Origin: Terriglobia bacterium
GTDB lineage: Bacteria; Acidobacteriota; Terriglobia; JAJPHL01; JAPKYU01
DNA length: 64,000 bases
Assembly: GCA_965223005.1 (NCBI GenBank)
Contig: CBDCVK010000010.1
Location: 512,001 to 576,000, forward strand
Direction: 5' to 3'
The position numbers and the translations under genes are program-made. Below, piece after piece: positions 60,052 to 64,000 of this stretch; position 1 is the first letter of the stretch; every line of letters begins with the position of its first letter. The notes beneath the pieces are model-generated. The model was not told the DNA's origin. It did no database searches and saw nothing but the letters and a program-made list of their open reading frames with translations.

Positions 60052-60735
60052 ATGTTCGTGGCCGACCGGCGCATCCATGTCCAGGAAATGCTCGACGTCG
60101 GCGCGGGTAGTGACGCCGAGGTCGCCGAGAGTCTGGCTGATCTGCGGCGAATCAACCGATTCCTGGGCGGTCGCGGTGTGCTGCGGAAGCTGTTGCGCGA
60201 ACAGGTGCGGCGCACGGGTTTGCGGGCCTTTTCCCTGCTGGACGTAGCCACCGGATCCGGCGATCTGCCGGCAGCGGTGCGGCGCTGGTACCCTCAGGCG
60301 CACGTCACCGCTCTGGAGTTGCACCTGCGCCACCTGCGCCTGGCCCAGACGCCCGGCGTCGGGCTGGTTTGCGGCAACGCCTTCCACGCCCCGTTTGCGA
60401 CGCGCTCCTTCGATTTTGTGGCCGTTTCCCTGTTCCTCCACCATTGGCCCGACGTCGAGGTGCCACACCTGCTGCACGAGCTGGCGCGGCTGGCTCGCCG
60501 CGCTCTGCTAATCAATGACCTGGACCGCCACTGGGTGCCGTTCTACTTCCTCCGCTGGGCGGCGCCGCTGTTCGCGCGCAGTCCGATCACCCGTTTCGAC
60601 GGGCCGGCCTCGGTGCAGCGAGCCTTCGGGCCGGGCGAGCTGAAACAGGCAGCAGGAGAGGCCGGCTTCCGCCACTTCCGGACGCGCTGGCACGTGCCTT
60701 TCCGCAGGTCGTTGGTGGTGGAGCTGGATAACTGA
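60052..60735 (+). CDS. SAM-dependent methyltransferase
   Basis: EMLD, LRRINRFLGG, LDVATGSGD, SLFLHH, INDL, DGPASV. Confidence 0.88.
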   Translation: MFVADRRIHVQEMLDVGAGSDAEVAESLADLRRINRFLGGRGVLRKLLREQVRRTGLRAFSLLDVATGSGDLPAAVRRWYPQAHVTALELHLRHLRLAQTPGVGLVCGNAFHAPFATRSFDFVAVSLFLHHWPDVEVPHLLHELARLARRALLINDLDRHWVPFYFLRWAAPLFARSPITRFDGPASVQRAFGPGELKQAAGEAGFRHFRTRWHVPFRRSLVVELDN

Positions 60736-60807
60736 TTGTCGATTTCGGATTGTCCATTGCCTGTAGCCGAGACCTGATGGCTGAAGGCTGACACCGGAGA
60801 GCCATTT

Positions 60808-61947
60808 ATGTGGGACGTAGCAGTTGTCGGTGCTGGACCGGCCGGATGCGCCGCGGCCATCGAACTGGCGCGGGCAGGCGCCAAGATCGGCCTGTTGGAG
60901 AAAGCGGCCTTCCCGCGCGACAAGCTGTGCGGCGAGTTTCTCTCGCCGGTGGGAGCACGCGTCGTGGAGGAACTGGGTTGTGGCCGGCAGTTTCACGCGG
61001 CGCAACCGGCCCCCATCGAGCGCGCAGTGGTGGTGACGGCCTCGGGCGCGCAATTGGAATTTTCCTTCCCTGCCCGCGCCTACGGCCTGTCGCGCCTGCG
61101 GTTTGATCACCTGCTGGCCCGAGCGGCACAGGCTGCCGGCGCGCAACTGATCGAGAAGGCTGAGATCGTCCGCCTGGAGAATGCTAGCCAGACCCTGTCG
61201 ACGCGTGACGGCCGGAAGTTTCAGTCGCGAATGGTGTTGCTGGCGTCCGGGCGACACTCGCTGCTACAGCCCCTGACTCCCGATTCATCGACCGGTCGCA
61301 CAGCACTCTGGTCTGCCCGGAGGGAAAAGCAGGCCAACCCTGCATATTTCGCTTTCAAAGCGCACTATCGGGGCGAATGCGCCGGCCGGGTGGAACTCTA
61401 CTTCTTCCCCGGTGGCTACTGCGGCCTGGCGCCGATTGAGGGCGGACGGGTGAACTTGTGCTGCTTGGTGGAGAAAGGCCTCCTCGCTACCGGCTCGGCC
61501 GAGCAGGTGCTGGCGCGCGTCCCCGCCCTGCGCGCGCGCCTGGCCGGATGGAGGCGTGAAGAACCCTTTCTGTTCACGGGGCCGGTGTCCATGGGCTGGC
61601 GCCACCCCCCATCCGACCTGCTGGCGGCCGGCGATGCAGCGCTGTTTCCGGATCCGTTTACCGGTCAAGGGATGTCGGTAGCGCTGGAAAATGGGCGCAT
61701 GGCGGCTCGGCATGCGATGTCCGGCAGCGAAGCTGTCTCTGAATCCATCGAAGCCTACTCCCGGGAATTGCAGAGGCGCTTCGGGGGACAACTGCGTGCG
61801 GCCCGCCTGCTTCGCGCAGTCACGACGCCCTGGCTGGAGCGTACACTGCTGCGCGTGTTCTGCTGCGTCCCGCTCCGCCAGGCCGCATGTTGTGCAATCC
61901 GCCATCACAGCAGACTTGCCGTAGCCCGACCAGGTGCGGGACAATAA
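60808..61947 (+). CDS. FAD-dependent oxidoreductase (geranylgeranyl reductase/monooxygenase-like)
   Basis: VVGAGPAG, FPRDKLCGE, SRLRFD, AGDAA..PDPFTGQGM. Confidence 0.88.
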   Translation: MWDVAVVGAGPAGCAAAIELARAGAKIGLLEKAAFPRDKLCGEFLSPVGARVVEELGCGRQFHAAQPAPIERAVVVTASGAQLEFSFPARAYGLSRLRFDHLLARAAQAAGAQLIEKAEIVRLENASQTLSTRDGRKFQSRMVLLASGRHSLLQPLTPDSSTGRTALWSARREKQANPAYFAFKAHYRGECAGRVELYFFPGGYCGLAPIEGGRVNLCCLVEKGLLATGSAEQVLARVPALRARLAGWRREEPFLFTGPVSMGWRHPPSDLLAAGDAALFPDPFTGQGMSVALENGRMAARHAMSGSEAVSESIEAYSRELQRRFGGQLRAARLLRAVTTPWLERTLLRVFCCVPLRQAACCAIRHHSRLAVARPGAGQ

Positions 61948-61956
61948 TCAGAGGAC

Positions 61957-62030
61957 TGCCTGGTCGTTCAATGGTAGGACGCAGGACTTTGGATCCTGTT
62001 ATGGAGGTTCGAATCCTCCCCAGGCAGCCA
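61957..62030 (+). tRNA. tRNA-Gln (anticodon TTG)
   Basis: TGCCTGG acceptor stem, CAGGA-CTTTGGA-TCCTG anticodon arm, GGTTCGAATCC T-arm, encoded CCA. Confidence 0.96.
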
Positions 62031-62090
62031 AGCAGGCCCAGGCAGCCAAGCAGGCCCAGGCGGCCAAAGCGGGCCCAAGCAGCCGAACAG
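62019..62090 (+). repeat. 18-bp tandem repeat starting with the tRNA-Gln 3' end
   Basis: CCCAGGCAGCCAAGCAGG x2 perfect (62019-62054) plus two degenerate copies. Confidence 0.9.
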
Positions 62091-62213
62091 CTAAGCAGCC
62101 TTGGCCTCCACCCGGAGCCGAGAGCATCACCCAGGAAGCGTCAAAGAGTCCGAGGACGTTTGTTTGCCTGCTGAAAGGAAGCCTTTCGTTTTTCTTTGAC
62201 CAGCCCGCCCCTG

Positions 62214-62597
62214 TTAGGCAGAGCTGGCGGCACGGGTGGTTCGAACGTTTGAGTCCTGGAGAACCCCCTGGTCGGACTTGTCTCGAAGGCGCATGAATTC
62301 GTGCCGTTCGATCTTCACGGCGACGCCCATCCGGTTCCGGCGACCGCGGTCCACCCGCACCACACGGCCCACGCAGCGCAACCGCACAGGGGTGGCTTGG
62401 GTGATGAATTCCGGCAGGGTCACTACCAGTTCCATCGTCATCCCCGGATGTACTTCCTCGTCGCAGTGCAGCAAAACGCCAGCGGAGCTGATGTCGCTGG
62501 TATGGACCGTCCGGGGCGACTCCTCCGGATCCTCCGCCATGAGAATCACCGGCAAGGCCAACTCAAAACGGCGAGCGCTACGTTTTTCTTTCCTCAT
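62214..62597 (-). CDS. PilZ domain protein (c-di-GMP binding)
   Basis: RxxxR (RSARR) and DxSxxG (DISSAG) motifs, GRVVR. Confidence 0.88.
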   Translation of the reverse strand: MRKEKRSARRFELALPVILMAEDPEESPRTVHTSDISSAGVLLHCDEEVHPGMTMELVVTLPEFITQATPVRLRCVGRVVRVDRGRRNRMGVAVKIERHEFMRLRDKSDQGVLQDSNVRTTRAASSA

Positions 62598-62780
62598 GAT
62601 GCGCGTGTACCTCGATCAAGAATGGAGGGCATTGTAGGGAGCCGGTGCCCGGCCTTCAATAGACCGGAAGGCACATTTTTGACGCAGTACGAACTTCCCA
62701 TCTCAGAACCCGGGACTACTAGTACTAGGGGCCAGGGCGATTCCGGAACGGTGATAAAATGTTTGAAGAGAGAATCTTCC

Positions 62781-63986
62781 GTGGAGCAAGCCGTCCTTCT
62801 AAGCGCGGTCCGCACGCCGGTGGGCAAATTTCAGGGAGGCCTGGCTCCGATGCCTGCGACGCTGCTGGGAGCAACCGTCGTGCGTGAGGCGGTTCGCAGG
62901 GCAGGCATCGAGCCGGAGCAGGTGGACGAGGTCATTCTGGGAAACGTGTTGAGCGCCGGATTGGGGCAAAACCCGGCACGGCAAGCGGCGCTCCGCGGCG
63001 GCCTCGCCCACCGAGTTTCCGCCATGACCATCAACAAGGTTTGTGGTTCTGGCCTGAAGGCCGTCGGCCTGGCGGTGCAGGCGATTCAAACCGGCAACGC
63101 GGAAGTGGTGGTGGCCGGCGGTATGGAGTCGATGTCCAACGCGCCCTACCTGATTCCCAAGGCGCGTTCCGGGCTGCGCCTGGGACACGGCGAACTAGTG
63201 GACTCGATGATCCTGGATGGCCTTTGGGATGTCTACGAAGATTGCCACATGGGCATAACGGCTGAAGTGGTGGCGGCGAAGTATGGCATCTGTCGAGAAG
63301 AACAGGATGAGTTTGCGGTTCAGAGTCACCGCAAGGCGGTGGCCGCCACGAGGGCCTGCCGCTTTGAGTCGCAGATGGTCCCTGTGGAGGTGCCGCAGAG
63401 TAAGAGCCGAACGGTTCGGATCGAGAAGGATGAATCGCCGCGCGAGGACAGCTCGCTCGAGGCGCTGGCTCGGCTGAAGCCTGTTTTCCAAAAGGACGGT
63501 ACTGTGACCCCAGGCAATGCTCCGGGAATGAACGACGGGGCGGCGGCTGTGGTCGTGGCCTCCGAATCGGTGGCGAGCCGACTGGGACGCGCCCCCCTGG
63601 CCCGCGTGGTGGGCCAGTCCACCAGTGGCATCGCTCCCCGCATGGTGATGATGGCTCCGGTGGAAGCCGTGAATCAATTGCTGGCCAAGGTCGGTTGGGA
63701 CCGTGGCGGGGTGGACCTCTACGAATTGAACGAAGCCTTCGCCGTGCAGGCCCTGGCGGTGATCCGCGAACTGCGACTGGGCCCCGCCAGGGTCAACGTC
63801 AACGGCGGCGCCGTGGCATTAGGCCACCCCATTGGGGCCAGCGGCGCACGAATCCTGGTGACGCTGCTGCACGAGATGATCGCCCGCAACGTTCGCCGGG
63901 GCGTGGCTGCGCTCTGCCTGGGTGGGGGTAACGCAGTTGCGCTGGCTGTGGAACGAAGCGAATCAAGACTGAAGAGTGCCGCCTGA
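62781..63986 (+). CDS. Acetyl-CoA C-acetyltransferase (thiolase)
   Basis: [40 protein letters not shown] start at 62781. Confidence 0.95.
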   Translation: MEQAVLLSAVRTPVGKFQGGLAPMPATLLGATVVREAVRRAGIEPEQVDEVILGNVLSAGLGQNPARQAALRGGLAHRVSAMTINKVCGSGLKAVGLAVQAIQTGNAEVVVAGGMESMSNAPYLIPKARSGLRLGHGELVDSMILDGLWDVYEDCHMGITAEVVAAKYGICREEQDEFAVQSHRKAVAATRACRFESQMVPVEVPQSKSRTVRIEKDESPREDSSLEALARLKPVFQKDGTVTPGNAPGMNDGAAAVVVASESVASRLGRAPLARVVGQSTSGIAPRMVMMAPVEAVNQLLAKVGWDRGGVDLYELNEAFAVQALAVIRELRLGPARVNVNGGAVALGHPIGASGARILVTLLHEMIARNVRRGVAALCLGGGNAVALAVERSESRLKSAA

Positions 63987-64000
63987 TCAGGAATCAGGAC

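Noticed and set aside
62301-62780. 160-aa N-terminal extension of the thiolase in the ORF track
   Set aside because: It overlaps the opposite-strand PilZ gene, and thiolase homology begins at GTG 62781.

Overview
GC-rich bacterial chromosomal window, most likely Acidobacteriota (inferred from the gene set and style of the hypothetical proteins). Most of it is housekeeping: nnr-tsaE-SDR, mlaEFD, tsaD, an EF-G paralog, mltD, thrBC, hpt, metK-ahcY-tldDE, glgC-eno-gpmI, rpsU, mtaB, acpS, glcEF, purS, glmS, a thiolase and tRNA-Gln. The ORF track misses several things. (1) A selenium/redox locus at about 6.1-12.3 kb: tRNA-Sec (selC) lies between two thioredoxin-fold genes with in-frame UGA codons at Sec-like positions. 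One has a C-terminal G-U-S-S-K-N tail plus a SECIS-like hairpin; the other is an exported peroxiredoxin with peroxidatic Sec. A CoA-disulfide-reductase-type flavoprotein and an atypical class III nucleotide cyclase are in the same locus. (2) An unannotated transcription unit of about 200 nt with a near-consensus sigma70 promoter, a 15-nt 16S-complementary Shine-Dalgarno, a 15-aa ORF and a terminator-like hairpin. (3) A degenerate integron-cassette remnant carrying an Abi_C gene. (4) A dual-specificity phosphatase / HipA-like kinase / DUF3037 module next to a charge-segregated histone-H1-like repeat protein. (5) A hidden 43-aa basic protein. (6) A pgeF gene frameshifted by a 152-bp duplication. 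(7) A KS-alpha-like ketosynthase / methyltransferase / FAD-oxidoreductase trio. All family calls come from motif recognition by eye; no database searches were run.
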